Shown: positions 48,956 to 58,386 of the stretch, one piece after another
Numbering within the stretch: position 1 is the stretch's first letter
How the letters are laid out: each line of letters opens with the position of its first letter
Origin: Rhabdothermincola salaria
GTDB lineage: Bacteria > Actinomycetota > Acidimicrobiia > Acidimicrobiales > Acidimicrobilacustridaceae
Assembly (NCBI RefSeq): GCF_021246445.1
Contig: NZ_JAJQXW010000001.1
Location: forward strand, 1,070,168-1,134,167
DNA length: 64,000 nt
Reading direction: 5' to 3'
Notes under the pieces: model-generated
Databases searched by the model: none
What the model saw: only the letters and a program-made list of their open reading frames with translations
Told to the model about the DNA's origin: nothing
Translations under genes and position numbers: made by a program

Positions 48956-50355
48956 AGGGGTTCCCGGTCGAAGCAGCTCACGACCTCGACGTGGTGGGTG
49001 TGGGGGAAGAGGTCCACGACCACGGCCTCGACCAGGCGGTAGCCCTCCTCGGCGAGCAGGGCGACGTCGCGCCCCGCCGAGGCGACGTCGCAGCTCACGA
49101 GCACCAGCCGAGCGGCACCGGTGCCGGCGAGCACCTCCACGCCACGGCGCCCCAGGCCCGAACGGGCCGGGTCGGCCACGACGACGTCGGCCCGAGGCGC
49201 CCGGAAGCGCTCGACGGCCGAACCGACCACCCGGACGGGCAGGCCGCTGAGGTTGTGGCGGGCGTCGGCCACCGAGGAGCGGTTGCGCTCCACCGCCAGG
49301 CCCCGCCAGCCGCTCGCGCCGGTGGGCCCGGCGGGGTCGAGGAGGGCCCCGCTGAACAGACCCACCCCGCAGTAGGCGTCGACGAGCGTCGCCGGACCGT
49401 CGCCTCCTCCCGGGGCGGGGTCACCACCGGTCGACAGCACGTCGGCGGTCATCTCGCGCACGACGTCGACCAGCGCACGGGCGCCATCGGCCCGGGTCTG
49501 AAAGAACGAGCCCGCCGAGATCCGCCAGCGACGACCGGCCAGCTCCTCGTGGATCCAGGCCCGCCGACCGGCGGCCAGCTCGTCGGCGCCGACCACCACG
49601 ACATCGTCGGGCAGGCTCACCGCCGTCGCGGTCGGTCGGACGAGGGCCAGGCGCTCCCCGGTGGACGCGCCGACCCGCAGCACCACCTCGTCGGCCTCCC
49701 CGAAGCGGCCCTCGGCCACCAGCTCGTCGAGCAGCGGATGGGCCACCACACAATGGTCGAGCGCCACCACGTCGTGGCTGGCGAGAGCCCGCAACCCCGC
49801 CCGGCCGTCGGTGACGGCGAGGCGCATCGTGGTGCGGAACGCCTCCTCGGCCAGGGCCGGACCGGCGCGCACCTCGGGCGCGGGGACGCGGCCCAGCCGA
49901 CGAAGGCCGTCACGGACCATCTCCACCTTGGCGTCGCGTTGGTGGTCCGGGTCGAGCAGGGCCAGGTCGCACCCACCGCAGCCGTCGTCGACGTGCGCGC
50001 AGTGGGGGGCTCGGCGCCCGGGGGACGCCTCCACCACCTCGACGGTCTCGGCCCGGTCGACACCCTTCGAGGTGGAGGTGAGCCGCACCCTGACGCGCTC
50101 GCCCGGATAGGCCCCCTCGACCAGCACCACCTTGCCCTCGGGCCGACGGGCCAGCGCCACCCCCCCGGCCACCAACCGCTCGGCGGTGACCACGAACGAC
50201 TCGCCACCGGTGCCCGGCACCGCGCCGGGCGCCGCCACGGCCGCGGACGGAACGTCGCCGGGGGTGAGGGGGTCAGGGGGCAGGGCCACCTCGGCAGCGT
50301 AGGCGGGTAGGGTCGATCGGCCCGCGCCCCTCTCCGCCGCCCAGAGGCAACCCAT
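48952..50355 (-). CDS. 23S rRNA (uracil-5-)-methyltransferase RumA/RlmD-like (TRAM plus class I SAM MTase)
   Basis: Cys cluster CAHVDDGCGGCD, SAM motif DAYCGVGLFS; 467-aa C-terminal part of track ORF 48952..50784; start uncertain (50355 ATG overlaps the rpe ATG on the opposite strand). Confidence 0.7.
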   Translation of the reverse strand: MGCLWAAERGAGRSTLPAYAAEVALPPDPLTPGDVPSAAVAAPGAVPGTGGESFVVTAERLVAGGVALARRPEGKVVLVEGAYPGERVRVRLTSTSKGVDRAETVEVVEASPGRRAPHCAHVDDGCGGCDLALLDPDHQRDAKVEMVRDGLRRLGRVPAPEVRAGPALAEEAFRTTMRLAVTDGRAGLRALASHDVVALDHCVVAHPLLDELVAEGRFGEADEVVLRVGASTGERLALVRPTATAVSLPDDVVVVGADELAAGRRAWIHEELAGRRWRISAGSFFQTRADGARALVDVVREMTADVLSTGGDPAPGGGDGPATLVDAYCGVGLFSGALLDPAGPTGASGWRGLAVERNRSSVADARHNLSGLPVRVVGSAVERFRAPRADVVVADPARSGLGRRGVEVLAGTGAARLVLVSCDVASAGRDVALLAEEGYRLVEAVVVDLFPHTHHVEVVSCFDREPL

Positions 50356-51049
50356 GACCGACTTCCCCTCCCCCCGCCCCGTCGAGATCGTGCCTTCGGT
50401 CCTCCCAGCCGACTTCGCCCACCTCGGCGACGCCTGCCTCGACCTCGAGAAGGCCGGGGTCGACCGCATCCAATGGGACGTCATGGACGGCAACTTCGTG
50501 CCCAACCTCACCTTCGGCGCCGACGTGATCGCCGCCACGCGTCCGCTGGTGAGCATCCCCTTCGAGGCCCACCTCATGGTCGAGGAGCCGACCTGGATCC
50601 TCGACGCGATGGTCGACGCCGGGTGCCGGCTGCTCATCGTGCACGCCGAGGCGTGCCGCCACCTGCACCGCACGCTCGGGCACATCCAGGAGCTGGGCGC
50701 CGCCGCCGCGGTCGCCCTCAACCCGGCCACCCCCGTCCAGGACGTGGCCCACGTCCTCGACCTGGTGGAGATGGTCCTGGTCATGACGGTGAACCCCGGC
50801 TTCGGAGGACAGGCCTACATCGCCACCATGGAGCCCAAGATCGCCGAGCTGCGCACGCTCGTCGCCGAGGGCGGCCACGACGTCGACATCGAGGTCGACG
50901 GCGGCATCGGCCCGGCGACCATCGCGGGGGCCGCGGGGGCGGGCGCCAACGTGCTCGTCGCCGGCAGCTCGCTCTTCCGCGATCCCGAAGGCCTCGGGCA
51001 CGCCACCGCCGAGCTGCGGGAGCTGGCCGTCGCCGCCCAGCGCAGCTGA
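50354..51049 (+). CDS. rpe: ribulose-phosphate 3-epimerase
   Basis: 231 aa; PSVLPADFAHLGD, metal-binding His/Asp motifs. Confidence 0.85.
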   Translation: MTDFPSPRPVEIVPSVLPADFAHLGDACLDLEKAGVDRIQWDVMDGNFVPNLTFGADVIAATRPLVSIPFEAHLMVEEPTWILDAMVDAGCRLLIVHAEACRHLHRTLGHIQELGAAAAVALNPATPVQDVAHVLDLVEMVLVMTVNPGFGGQAYIATMEPKIAELRTLVAEGGHDVDIEVDGGIGPATIAGAAGAGANVLVAGSSLFRDPEGLGHATAELRELAVAAQRS

Positions 51050-51050
51050 C

Positions 51051-51554
51051 ATGGCCGGCAGCCGCCGTGGGCGTCGGACCCTCGCCTCGTGCGCGCTGGC
51101 GGCAGCCGTCCTGACCGCCTGCAGCGACGAACCGGAGCCGTCGGTCGCCGCCCTGTGCCGCGAGCTCGAGGTCGCCGAGGGGCTCGACGAGAGCCTCGCC
51201 GTGGCCGACGCCGAAGCGTTGGAGGGTCAGGCCGCCGCCCTGCGGCGCGCCGTCTCGGTCGCCCCACCCGACATCGAGCCGGCGGTGAGCACGCTGAGCC
51301 TGGCCATCGACGACCTCACGGGCCCGCTCTCCACCGCGACCGGCGACCGTCGCGAGACGCTTCGCGAGCTGCTGGCCGCGACCGAGGACCGGGCCGAGGC
51401 GCTCACGGCCGCCGGACGCTCGCTCAGCGAGTGGAGCGCGACCAACTGCGGCCTCGACCTCGACTCCGGCACCACGGTGCCGACCACGCCGGTGCCGACC
51501 TCAGCGGCAGGGGGAGCAACGACCGAGGGCACCGACGAGGCGCCGGCCCCCTGA
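51051..51554 (+). CDS. hypothetical lipoprotein
   Basis: 167 aa; LASCALAAAVLTACSD lipobox; acidic helical body, Thr/Pro-rich tail. Confidence 0.55.
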   Translation: MAGSRRGRRTLASCALAAAVLTACSDEPEPSVAALCRELEVAEGLDESLAVADAEALEGQAAALRRAVSVAPPDIEPAVSTLSLAIDDLTGPLSTATGDRRETLRELLAATEDRAEALTAAGRSLSEWSATNCGLDLDSGTTVPTTPVPTSAAGGATTEGTDEAPAP

Positions 51555-51573
51555 GGCGCCGGCGCCCGCCGCG

Positions 51574-52170
51574 CTAGCTCAGCTCGCCCCGCTTGAAGAT
51601 CACGTGGTCGACCAGGCCGTACTCCTTGGCCTGCTCGGCGGTGAACCACCGATCGCGCTCGGAGTCGGTCTCGATCTGCTCCACCGACTGGCCCGAGTGG
51701 TGAGCGATGCGCTCGGCCATCAGCCGCTTGATGTAGGCCATCTGCTCGGCCTGGATGGCGATGTCGGAGGCCTGGCCCTGCACCCCGCCCAGGGGTTGGT
51801 GCATCAGGATCCGGGCGTGGGGCAGGGTGTAGCGCTTGCCCTCGGCCCCGGCGGTGAGGAGGAACTGGCCCATGGACGCCGCCAGACCCATGCAGATGGT
51901 GCCGACGTCGGGCGAGATGAACTGCATGGTGTCGTAGATCGCCATGCCCGCGGTGATGACCCCACCGGGGGAGTTGATGTACAGCCAGATGTCCTTGTCG
52001 GGATCCTGGCCCTCGAGGTACAGCAGCTGAGCGACCAGCTGGTTGGCGACCGTGTCGTTCACGTCGCTGCCGAGCACCACGATGCGCTCCTTGAGCAACA
52101 TGCGGTAGATCTCCGCACCCGGGTCGGAACCAGCGGTCTGGGCCAGCGGTGCGAGCGGCGGATGCTCCAT
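51574..52170 (-). CDS. clpP: ATP-dependent Clp protease proteolytic subunit (ClpP1-like paralog)
   Basis: [35 protein letters not shown] resembles actinobacterial ClpP1; start at internal ATG 52170 rather than track start 52209. Confidence 0.85.
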   Translation of the reverse strand: MEHPPLAPLAQTAGSDPGAEIYRMLLKERIVVLGSDVNDTVANQLVAQLLYLEGQDPDKDIWLYINSPGGVITAGMAIYDTMQFISPDVGTICMGLAASMGQFLLTAGAEGKRYTLPHARILMHQPLGGVQGQASDIAIQAEQMAYIKRLMAERIAHHSGQSVEQIETDSERDRWFTAEQAKEYGLVDHVIFKRGELS

Positions 52171-52299
52171 CGGTCTCCTTGACGACACACACCCGAGGCC
52201 GGGTGTCACGAACGAACGGCGGGCCGCAGACGACCCGGAACCCGCAGGCTACCGCCGTCGATGCTCCCGGCCTCCCGGGGTACCGTGGCAGGACCACGA

Positions 52300-52381
52300 G
52301 CGAGCGTGGCGGAACTGGCAGACGCGTCGGGTTTAGGTCCCGGTGTCCTCGGACGTGGGGGTTCGAGTCCCCCCGCTCGCA
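52300..52381 (+). tRNA. tRNA-Leu (anticodon TAG), class II long variable arm
   Basis: Acceptor gcgagcg/cgctcgc, anticodon loop tttaggt, long variable arm, T-loop ttcgagt; CCA not encoded. Confidence 0.7.
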
Positions 52382-52388
52382 CCCGACT

Positions 52389-52413
52389 CATGGCGGCGCG
52401 GAGCGCCGCCATG
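52389..52413. terminator. Perfect 11-bp/3-nt-loop palindrome (catggcggcgc-gga-gcgccgccatg) between tRNA-Leu and the convergent gadB end
   Basis: Direct inspection; no U-tract (GC-rich genome). Confidence 0.5.
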
Positions 52414-52440
52414 TGGCGGCGATGCGGCGCGTGCCCGCCC

Positions 52441-53835
52441 TCAGCAGACGCGATGGCGCTGACGGTGGTGGGGCTTCACGGTGGGCGCCGCGGGAGGGTT
52501 GGCCTCGAGGTGCTCGATGGTGGCATCGAGGTCGGCGAGCAGGTTGTCGGCCATGTCGCGGCTGAACCCCTCACGGATGACGACGCGCAGCACCGACACG
52601 TCGTCGACCTTGGGCGGCAGCGTGTAGGCGGGCACGATCCAGCCCCGCAGCCGGAGGTGCTCGCTGATGTCGTGACAGCTGTAGGCCCGCTCCCCCTTCA
52701 GCCGGACCGTCACCAGCGGGAGGGCCTGGTCGGACGAGACCACCTCGAAGTGCTCGCTGGCCCGCGCCTTGGCCGAGAGGTCTCGGGAGATGTCGAGCAG
52801 CCCGTCCATGATCCGCCGGTAGCCGTCACGGCCCAGGCGGATCAGGTTGTAGTACTGGCCGATCACCTGGCTCGAGCCCTTGGAGAAGTTGAGGTCGAAG
52901 GTGATCTGGTCGTTGCCGAGGTAGTTGTCGTGGAAGAGCAGCTCCTCGGGCAGGTCGGCCTGATCTCGCCACACCGCCCATCCCACGCCCGGGTAGACGA
53001 GGCCGAACTTGTGGCCCGAGGTGTTGATCGACCGCACCGACGGCAACCGGAAGTCCCACGCCAGGTCGGGGTAGGCGAACGGGGCCACGAACCCGCCGCT
53101 GGCGGCATCGACGTGGATCGGGACCTGCCAACCGGTACGAGCGTTGAGCTCCTGCAGGGCGGTGTCGAGCTCGGCGATCGGCTCGAACTCACCGGTGTAG
53201 GTGCTGCCGAGGATGCCCACCACGGCGATGGTGTTCTCATCGACGAGGGCGATGGCCTCGTCGACCCCGATGACGGTGCGGCCCGGCGCCATGTCGACGT
53301 AGCGGGGTTCGACGTCGAAGTAGCGCACGAACTTCTCCCACACCACCTGGACGTTGGCGCCCATCACGATGTTGGGACGGTCGGTCGGCTGTCCGGCCGC
53401 CGCACGACGGTTGCGCCAGTTGACCTTGAGGGCCAGGCCACAGAGGTGGATGGCCTCGGAGGAACCGACCGTCGATGTGCCCATGGCCTGCTCACCGGAG
53501 GACGGGGCGTGGAAGAGATCGGCGATGATGCTGACGCAGCGACGCTCGATCTCGGCGGTCTGGGGGTACTCGTCGGCGTCGATGAAGTTCTTCGGGAGCG
53601 TCTCGGTCATGAGCTTGGTGACCTCGGGCTCCATCCACGTCGTCACGAACGACGCCATGTTCAACAGTGGGTTCCCGTCGAGGCTGAGCTCGTCGTGGAT
53701 CAGCTGGTAGGCCGCCTGCGGCTCCATCTCCACGTCCGGTAGGCGAAACCGGGGGATCGGTTCGATCATGGTTCGGCTGCCGAACAGCGGAGCGACGGTG
53801 GCATCGACGGCGTCCTGCACGTGCTCGGAGAGCAT
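52441..53835 (-). CDS. gadB: glutamate decarboxylase (PLP-dependent)
   Basis: 464 aa; PLP-lysine context SINTSGHKFGLVYPGVG; N-terminal similarity to GadA/B. Confidence 0.85.
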   Translation of the reverse strand: MLSEHVQDAVDATVAPLFGSRTMIEPIPRFRLPDVEMEPQAAYQLIHDELSLDGNPLLNMASFVTTWMEPEVTKLMTETLPKNFIDADEYPQTAEIERRCVSIIADLFHAPSSGEQAMGTSTVGSSEAIHLCGLALKVNWRNRRAAAGQPTDRPNIVMGANVQVVWEKFVRYFDVEPRYVDMAPGRTVIGVDEAIALVDENTIAVVGILGSTYTGEFEPIAELDTALQELNARTGWQVPIHVDAASGGFVAPFAYPDLAWDFRLPSVRSINTSGHKFGLVYPGVGWAVWRDQADLPEELLFHDNYLGNDQITFDLNFSKGSSQVIGQYYNLIRLGRDGYRRIMDGLLDISRDLSAKARASEHFEVVSSDQALPLVTVRLKGERAYSCHDISEHLRLRGWIVPAYTLPPKVDDVSVLRVVIREGFSRDMADNLLADLDATIEHLEANPPAAPTVKPHHRQRHRVC

Positions 53836-53950
53836 CTGGCTCCTCCATGGGCTCGGACCGCGGCGCCGAGGGCGCCGGAGTCGGCGGGGCCACCGATGGT
53901 GGCATGCCCATGGATCGAGCGGGCGGACGGTGGCCGACCCGTCGAAGCGG

Positions 53951-54838
53951 TCAGCTGGTGGCGAACATGGCCACGACGGCCACGGAGTTCACCACGGCGT
54001 GGGCGACGATGGCCGGGCCGAGCCGTCCCTCGGCCCGCACGACCAAGAGGGCGAAGACCGCCCCGTAGGACGCCGTCACCGCCACGATGAACAGCCCCGA
54101 GAAGCTCAGGGCGTTGGCGTGGAAGAAGCCGAACACGATCGAGCTGAGGGCCACTCCGGCCGGCAGGCCCCAGCGTCGCCCGACGGCCCGCAACATGAGG
54201 CCCCGGAAGAAGAGCTCCTCGGCGACGGGGGTGGCCACCCCCACCAGGAACCACAGCGCCAGCGCTCCGAGAAGCCCCGGTGAGCTGGGCAGGAAGTCGG
54301 CGTTGGTGGGCGATTCATCGCCCGAGATGATCGTCCACAGCAGCCCCCCGGCGACGGACACCGCGAGCGCACCCAACCCACCGAGCAGACCCCACCCGAC
54401 GTCGATCCAACGGACCTGGAGTCCGAAGTCGCGGGCCAGGCTGCGCTGGCCCTTGCGGTAGGTGGCCACCATGGGCCAGCCGACGAAGCCCACCCACCCG
54501 GCCACCAGGGTGAACGCGATCGCGCCGAGGCTGAGCTCCCCCACCTCACCGGTGTCGAGGTCGATGGCACCGGAGGCGACGATCGCGATCGCGGCCACCA
54601 CGCCGCCGGCGAGCCACAGCACGAGGCCATAGATGACATCGCCCATCCCCCAACGGATCGTGGGCACGGGTGGGGCGCCGGCCGGTGCCGCCGGAAGAGG
54701 GCCGTACGGAGGAGGACCCGACGGGTAGGGCGCCGGCACGTTGGGGGCCGACGGCGGCGCGCTCGGTCGTGGCGTGCCCCACGGTCCGTTGCCGGGGGGT
54801 GGTGGGGGCGGGGGCGGCGGAGAGCCCGGATCGGTCAC
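53951..54838 (-). CDS. CPBP family intramembrane metalloprotease (CAAX protease) with Pro-rich N-terminus
   Basis: EELFFRG and FGFFH motifs; poly-Pro N-terminus MTDPGSPPPPPPPPPG. Confidence 0.75.
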   Translation of the reverse strand: MTDPGSPPPPPPPPPGNGPWGTPRPSAPPSAPNVPAPYPSGPPPYGPLPAAPAGAPPVPTIRWGMGDVIYGLVLWLAGGVVAAIAIVASGAIDLDTGEVGELSLGAIAFTLVAGWVGFVGWPMVATYRKGQRSLARDFGLQVRWIDVGWGLLGGLGALAVSVAGGLLWTIISGDESPTNADFLPSSPGLLGALALWFLVGVATPVAEELFFRGLMLRAVGRRWGLPAGVALSSIVFGFFHANALSFSGLFIVAVTASYGAVFALLVVRAEGRLGPAIVAHAVVNSVAVVAMFATS

Positions 54839-54888
54839 CCCGACAGTCTGCCCGCGTCCGTGGCCCAGCCGACCGTCGCGCGGAGGCG

Positions 54889-55158
54889 TCAGGCCAGCTT
54901 CATGAACATCTTCTCGACCTCGGCCAACGGGTAGCCGTCGGCTTCGGCCTTCTCGGGTTCGGTCACGCAGTAGGTGAGACCGGCGGCGACCAGCCTGAAG
55001 CCGGCCTGCTCGAGGGCTCGGGTGGCCGCCGAGAGCTGGGTGACCACGTCACGGCACTCGCGTCCCTCCTCGAGCATGCGCTCCACGCCCTGCACCTGAC
55101 CGGCCACGCGCCGCAGGCGGGTCCGGACGTCGGCGATCACGTCCTCGGGGATGTCCAT
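54889..55158 (-). CDS. csoR: CsoR/RcnR family metal-sensing transcriptional repressor
   Basis: 89 aa from internal ATG 55158; RLRRVAGQVQGVERMLEEGRECRDVVTQL...LTYC matches DUF156 W-X-Y-Z Cys/His pattern. Confidence 0.75.
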   Translation of the reverse strand: MDIPEDVIADVRTRLRRVAGQVQGVERMLEEGRECRDVVTQLSAATRALEQAGFRLVAAGLTYCVTEPEKAEADGYPLAEVEKMFMKLA

Positions 55159-55282
55159 GGTCGGGTTCCTTTCTGAGGAAGCTCGGGGGGAGGCTTCCCG
55201 GGTGCCGGGTCCCTGTCCGGCATCGTCCAGCATATACCCCGCTGGGTATGTTCGGAAGGGATCGTCGCGACAGAACGGGAGC

Positions 55283-55912
55283 TCAGGAGGGTGGGGATCG
55301 ATCCTCGGACGGCTCCCCGCCCTCGGCGCCGAGCAGGGCGGCGAGCGTCCGGAAGGCCCGACCGCGATGGCTGATCGCGTGCTTCTCGGACGCCTCCATC
55401 TCGGCGAACGTGCGGCCGTCGCCCTCGTCGGGCACGAACACCGGGTCGTAGCCGAACCCCTGGTTCCCCCGCGGCTCGGCGGCGATGTGGCCCTCGACGA
55501 CCCCGTGGGCGATCACCTCGAGGCCATCGGGCCAGCGCACGAGCGCCACCGTCCGGAACCGGGCCCGCCGGTCGCGTGCGGACCCGACCCCACGCACCTC
55601 GAGGTCGCGGAGGAGCTTGGCCACGTTGGCGGCCTCGTCGCGCTCGTCGCCGGCGAAGCGGGCCGAGTGCACCCCGGGGGCCCCATCGAGGGCGTCGACT
55701 TCCAGGCCGGTGTCGTCGGCCACCGCGGCCCGACCGACGGCCTCGGCGATGGCCACCGCCTTGAGCCGGGCGTTCCCCTCGAGCGTGTCGGCGTCCTCGA
55801 TGACGTCGGGCACCGTGGCGGGCCGGGGCTCGAGGTCGACGCCCGCCGGTTCGAGGATGGCGGCGATCTCCGCCACCTTCGCCGGGTTGGCCGAGGCCGT
55901 GACGAGTCGCAC
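55283..55912 (-). CDS. rdgB: non-canonical purine NTP pyrophosphatase RdgB/HAM1
   Basis: GTG at 55912; LVTASANPAKVAEI, FGYDPVF motifs; directly downstream of rph. Confidence 0.85.
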   Translation of the reverse strand: MRLVTASANPAKVAEIAAILEPAGVDLEPRPATVPDVIEDADTLEGNARLKAVAIAEAVGRAAVADDTGLEVDALDGAPGVHSARFAGDERDEAANVAKLLRDLEVRGVGSARDRRARFRTVALVRWPDGLEVIAHGVVEGHIAAEPRGNQGFGYDPVFVPDEGDGRTFAEMEASEKHAISHRGRAFRTLAALLGAEGGEPSEDRSPPS

Positions 55913-55920
55913 GCCGACCG

Positions 55921-56664
55921 TCAGCGTTGCGTCGAGCGCGGGTCGGGCGGGTCGGCGACCAGCAGGTCCTGGAGCTCCATGAGCTGACGGATGCCCCCCT
56001 CGGCCAGGCCGAGGAGCGCGTCGAGCTCGTCGCGCGAGAAGCTCATGCCCTCGGCGGTCCCCTGCACCTCCAGGAAGCGACCCCCCTCGGTCATGACCAC
56101 GTTCATGTCCACCTCGGCGGCCGAGTCCTCCACGTAGGGCAGGTCGAGCAGCGGTGTCCCGCCGACGATGCCCACCGACACCGCCGCGCACGCCTCCCTG
56201 AGGGGGTTGGCCGCCAGGTCGCCTCGTTGCACCAGGCGGGTCAGAGCGTCGTGCAACGCCAGGTAGCCACCAGTGATCGAGGCCGTGCGGGTGCCGCCAT
56301 CGGCCTGCAGCACGTCGCAGTCGACGACCACCTGGCGCTCACCGAGGGCTTCCATGTCGCAGACCCCCCGCAGCGACCGGCCGATCAGGCGCTGGATCTC
56401 CTGGGTCCGGCCCGACGGCGATCCCTTGGTGACCTCCCGGCGGATGCGTTCGGGGGACGCCCCGGGAAGCATCGAGTACTCGGCGGTGACCCACCCCTTG
56501 CCGCTCCCCCGCATCCAACGGGGCACGTCGTCGTCGACGTACGCGGTGCACAGCACCATCGTCTTGCCGGCGGTGATGAGCACCGAGCCGTCGGCGGCGT
56601 CGGTGAAATCCCGTTCGAAGGAGACCTCGCGGAGTTGGTCGGGGGTGCGGCCGTCGGGGCGCAT
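55921..56664 (-). CDS. rph: ribonuclease PH
   Basis: 247 aa from ATG 56664: [25 protein letters not shown]; upstream part of track ORF is read-through. Confidence 0.9.
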   Translation of the reverse strand: MRPDGRTPDQLREVSFERDFTDAADGSVLITAGKTMVLCTAYVDDDVPRWMRGSGKGWVTAEYSMLPGASPERIRREVTKGSPSGRTQEIQRLIGRSLRGVCDMEALGERQVVVDCDVLQADGGTRTASITGGYLALHDALTRLVQRGDLAANPLREACAAVSVGIVGGTPLLDLPYVEDSAAEVDMNVVMTEGGRFLEVQGTAEGMSFSRDELDALLGLAEGGIRQLMELQDLLVADPPDPRSTQR

Positions 56665-56693
56665 GAACACGTCCTTGCTGGTGGAGCGGGGGG

Positions 56694-57431
56694 TCAGAGG
56701 GCGTAGACGGCGCCAGGGCTGGCGACGTCGACCGGGCCACCGTAGGCGGCTGCGGCCGCCCGGGCGTGCGCCTCGGGGTCGGCGCCGGGCACCAGGTGGG
56801 TGAGGACGAGACGTCGTGCCCCAGCGGCCCGGGCGGCCGCTCCGGCCATGTCGGCACAGAGGTGCAACACGTCGCCGAGCTCGTCGGCGTCGAGGTACGA
56901 CGACTCGACGAGGGCGAGGTCGACGTCGTGTCCCAGCTCGGCGGGCGACCACCCCGGACCGGTGTCGGAGGAGTAGAGCAGCGAGGTCCCGTCGGGTCCG
57001 GTGACCCGCACGGCGTAGGTCTCCACGTAGTGGTCGGTCCGCTCGATGCGCAGCTCGAGGTCGCCGATGGCGAACGTGCGCTCGGGACCCAGGACGTGCC
57101 ACCGGAAGGCCGGCTCGATGCCCGAGCTGACGGTGGCGACCATGCGCCGGGTCTCGTCGGTGCCCCACACCGGCACGTGGTCGAGACCCCGCCCGTAGTG
57201 GGTGAGGATGCGCATACCCGTGAGATCCACCCAGTGGTCGGGATGGGCGTGGGTCAACACCACCGCGTCGACGTCGGCGACGTCGATGTGGCGCTGCAGC
57301 TCGGCGAAGGCGCCGTGGCCCATGTCGAGGACGACCGCAGTGGTGTCACTGCGCACCAGGTAGCCGCTGCAGGGGACGTCGGGGGCCGGGTAGCTGCCCG
57401 AGCACCCCAGCACGGTGAGGGTCAGTCCCAC
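56694..57431 (-). CDS. MBL-fold metallo-hydrolase
   Basis: 245 aa; HAHPDH zinc motif. Confidence 0.75.
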   Translation of the reverse strand: MGLTLTVLGCSGSYPAPDVPCSGYLVRSDTTAVVLDMGHGAFAELQRHIDVADVDAVVLTHAHPDHWVDLTGMRILTHYGRGLDHVPVWGTDETRRMVATVSSGIEPAFRWHVLGPERTFAIGDLELRIERTDHYVETYAVRVTGPDGTSLLYSSDTGPGWSPAELGHDVDLALVESSYLDADELGDVLHLCADMAGAAARAAGARRLVLTHLVPGADPEAHARAAAAAYGGPVDVASPGAVYAL

Positions 57432-58228
57432 GTGATCGCCTCCACCCGGTCGAGCTCGGGACCGAGCAACCGCCTCCCCAGCGAACGGAAGACCTCGACG
57501 TCGCCGGAGGACTCGAAGTGGTGGTGCCCGGGTCGCTCGTCACCCCGTCGCGCCATCAGCTGGCCCTCGAGCAGCTCGCGCACGCGGAAGGCGGTCTCGT
57601 CGGCGGAGTCCACCAGCACCACCTCTCGGCCCATGACGTCGCCGATGGTGCGGGCGAGGAACGGGTAGTGGGTGCACCCCAACAGCAAGGTGTCGACCTC
57701 GGCATCGTGCAAGGGGGCCAGGAGGCGTTCGGCCAGCACGTGCACCTGATCGGAATCGGTCTCCCCGCGTTCCACGAACTCGACGAAGCCGGGGCAGGCG
57801 GCACAGCTCAGCTGCACCGACGGCTCGGCGGCCGCCACCGCGTGCTGGTAGGCGCCCGACCCGATCGTGCCGACGGTGCCGATCACCCCCACGTTGCCGT
57901 TGCGGGTGGCCGAGACCAGGGATCGCACCCCGGGCTCGATGACCCCGATCACGGGCACGGGGGCTCGCTCCTGCAGCTCCTCGAGAGCAGCGGCCGACGC
58001 CGTGTTGCAGGCCACGATGATCATCTTCACGTCGTGGCCGGCGAGGAGGTGGGCGGTGATCTCGTGGGAGAAACGACGCACCTCGTCGAGCGGTCGTGGC
58101 CCGTAGGGGTAGCGCCCGGTGTCACCCACGTAGACGAGGTCCTCGTCGGGGAGCAGGTCGATGAGCGCCCGAGCGACGGTGAGGCCCCCGAAGCCGCTGT
58201 CGAACATGCCGATGGGTCGGGGGTCCAC
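57422..58228 (-). CDS. murI: glutamate racemase
   Basis: PIGMFDSGFGGLTV, IVACNTAS, LGCTHYP motifs; GTG at 58228 (track start 58294). Confidence 0.9.
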   Translation of the reverse strand: MDPRPIGMFDSGFGGLTVARALIDLLPDEDLVYVGDTGRYPYGPRPLDEVRRFSHEITAHLLAGHDVKMIIVACNTASAAALEELQERAPVPVIGVIEPGVRSLVSATRNGNVGVIGTVGTIGSGAYQHAVAAAEPSVQLSCAACPGFVEFVERGETDSDQVHVLAERLLAPLHDAEVDTLLLGCTHYPFLARTIGDVMGREVVLVDSADETAFRVRELLEGQLMARRGDERPGHHHFESSGDVEVFRSLGRRLLGPELDRVEAITWD

Positions 58229-58386
58229 GGCGGCGAGGCTACCGGTGCGGCCCGACCGGCAGGGTCGGCCGCCGCCGGAGGTGCATGTGGTCACCGAACG
58301 CGCCGAAGGGTCGGCCCCGGCGGCGGGACCGACCCTTCGGAGAGCTCAGTGGTGGGCGAGGGTCGTGCGGCCCACGCCGGTGCGGG

